Shown: piece by piece, positions 62,584 through 64,000 of the stretch
How the letters are laid out: the number at the start of each line of letters is the position of its first letter
Position numbering within the stretch: position 1 is the first letter of the stretch
Source of the DNA: Octopus vulgaris
Lineage: Eukaryota
Direction of reading: 5' to 3'
NCBI GenBank assembly: GCA_951406725.2
Contig: OX597843.1
Location: forward strand, 12,772,001 to 12,836,000
Length of the DNA stretch: 64,000 bases
Notes under the pieces: model-generated
Database searches by the model: none
Told to the model about the DNA's origin: nothing
The model's input: only the letters and a program-made list of their open reading frames with translations
Made by a program: the position numbers and the translations under genes

Positions 62584-63535
62584 GGGTGTCCCAAAGTCCC
62601 TGATGGGTTTCAATTTTTAATAACTTTCCTTAACATTACAAATAAATGCATGAAATTTTGATACAATATAAAGGGACATAATGGAAATTAATATGCACAG
62701 GAGTGGCGCAGGAGTGGCTGTGTGGTAAGTAGCTTGCTAACCAATCACATGGTTCCGGGTTCAGTCCCACTGTGCGGCACCTTGGGCAAGTGTCTTCTGC
62801 TATAGCCCCGGGCCGACCAATGCCTTGTGAGTGGATTTGGTAGACGGAAACTGAAAGAAGCCCGTCATATATATGTATATATATATATATATATAGGCCC
62901 AGGAGTGGCTGTGTGGTAAGTAGCTTGCTAACCAACCACATGGTTCCGGGTTCAGTCCCACTGCGCGGCACCTTGGGCAAGTGTCTTCTGCTATAGCCCC
63001 GGGCCGACCAATGCCTTGTGAGTGGATTTGGTAGACGGAAACTGAAAGAAGCCTGTCGTATATATGTATATATATATGTATGTGTGTGTGTGTTTGTCCC
63101 CCTAGCATTGCTTGACAACCGATGCTGGTGTGTTTACGTCCCCGTCACTTAGTGGTTCGGCAAAAGAGACCGATAGATTAAGTACTCGGTTTACAAAGAA
63201 TAAGACCCGGGGTTGATTTGCTCGACTAAAGGCGGTGCTCCAGCATGGCCGCAGTCAAATGACTGAAACAAGTAAAAGAGTAAAAAGAGAGAGTAAAGAG
63301 GTTAAATTTTGCAAAACCACTTCATCACATCTGAAAAATGACATCGCTTAAATGGCAGCCATTTTTGGCCTTGCATGCCCATGCTCTTTCCAAGACTTGC
63401 ACCATAACACCCTCGAGAATTTCAGACCCCACTTCTCTGATTTCTCTATTGATGTTCTCCTTCAGTTACACCGGGGCCTCCAGTTTGTTAACATAAGCTC
63501 TTTCTTTCAGGTATCCCCACAAGAAAGAATCCAAG
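62580..63535 (-). mobile_element. Tc1/mariner-superfamily transposon 3' remnant interrupted by SINEs
   Basis: TIR-like tacagggtgtcccaaa at 62580; 63535-63325 (-) translates LDSFLWGYLKERAYVNK...*LKENINREI..C..KNGCHL, a transposase C-terminus. Confidence 0.8.
62705..63300 (+). mobile_element. SINE family A with duplicated head (62705-62866; 62896-63300)
   Basis: Two heads, one tail. Confidence 0.9.
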
Positions 63536-63538
63536 CTG

Positions 63539-63577
<39 letters not shown>

Positions 63578-63687
63578 AAAATATGAATTAGAAGAAAACC
63601 ACCTTTTATCAATTCAACAATGTTGATTTAGTATTTCTAAATTGAATTTTTGTCCTGTAAGTTTGGAATAATATTCTCTAATATTGC

Positions 63688-63723
<36 letters not shown>

Positions 63724-63812
63724 TAATGTGTATACATGTTTGTGCAAAAATAAGTTCATGTAATATATATATATATATATACATACCTATATATATACAT
63801 ACATATATATAT

Positions 63813-63860
<48 letters not shown>

Positions 63861-64000
63861 ACATATATTCAATGTATAAACCTTATACATAAACATGTTT
63901 GTGTGTGTGTGTGTGTGTGTATGTGTGTGAATATATATATATATACATACATATCTATATATATATACACATACATGTGTGTGTATATATATTTATTTTT

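Overview
A eukaryotic, extremely repeat-dense window. The TA/CA microsatellite load and the tRNA-SINE repertoire suggest an octopus-type cephalopod genome (inference, not verified). Nearly all listed ORFs are artefacts of microsatellites or SINEs. One convincing host coding exon is present (49378/49398-50198, +). It encodes a type II signal-anchored protein with the N-lobe of a PKDCC/VLK-like secretory-pathway kinase whose Gly-rich loop is degenerate. No other exon of this gene was recognised. The remainder consists of about 35 copies or fragments of one bipartite tRNA-SINE (family A, my label), several other SINE families that appear to swap modules, 3' fragments of CR1-, RTE- and L1/Tx1-like LINEs, and Tc1/mariner remnants. 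There are also Penelope-type minimal hammerhead ribozyme motifs, several long palindromes, and at least six tandem arrays derived from pieces of mobile elements. The most notable non-obvious items are the hammerhead motifs, a TAA-embedded noncoding element with a variable-copy 139-bp terminal monomer (3x and 7x), a triple-hairpin cluster at 10.9-11.6 kb and a satellite-rich stretch at 38.4-43.6 kb. Repeat coordinates are read by eye and are approximate.
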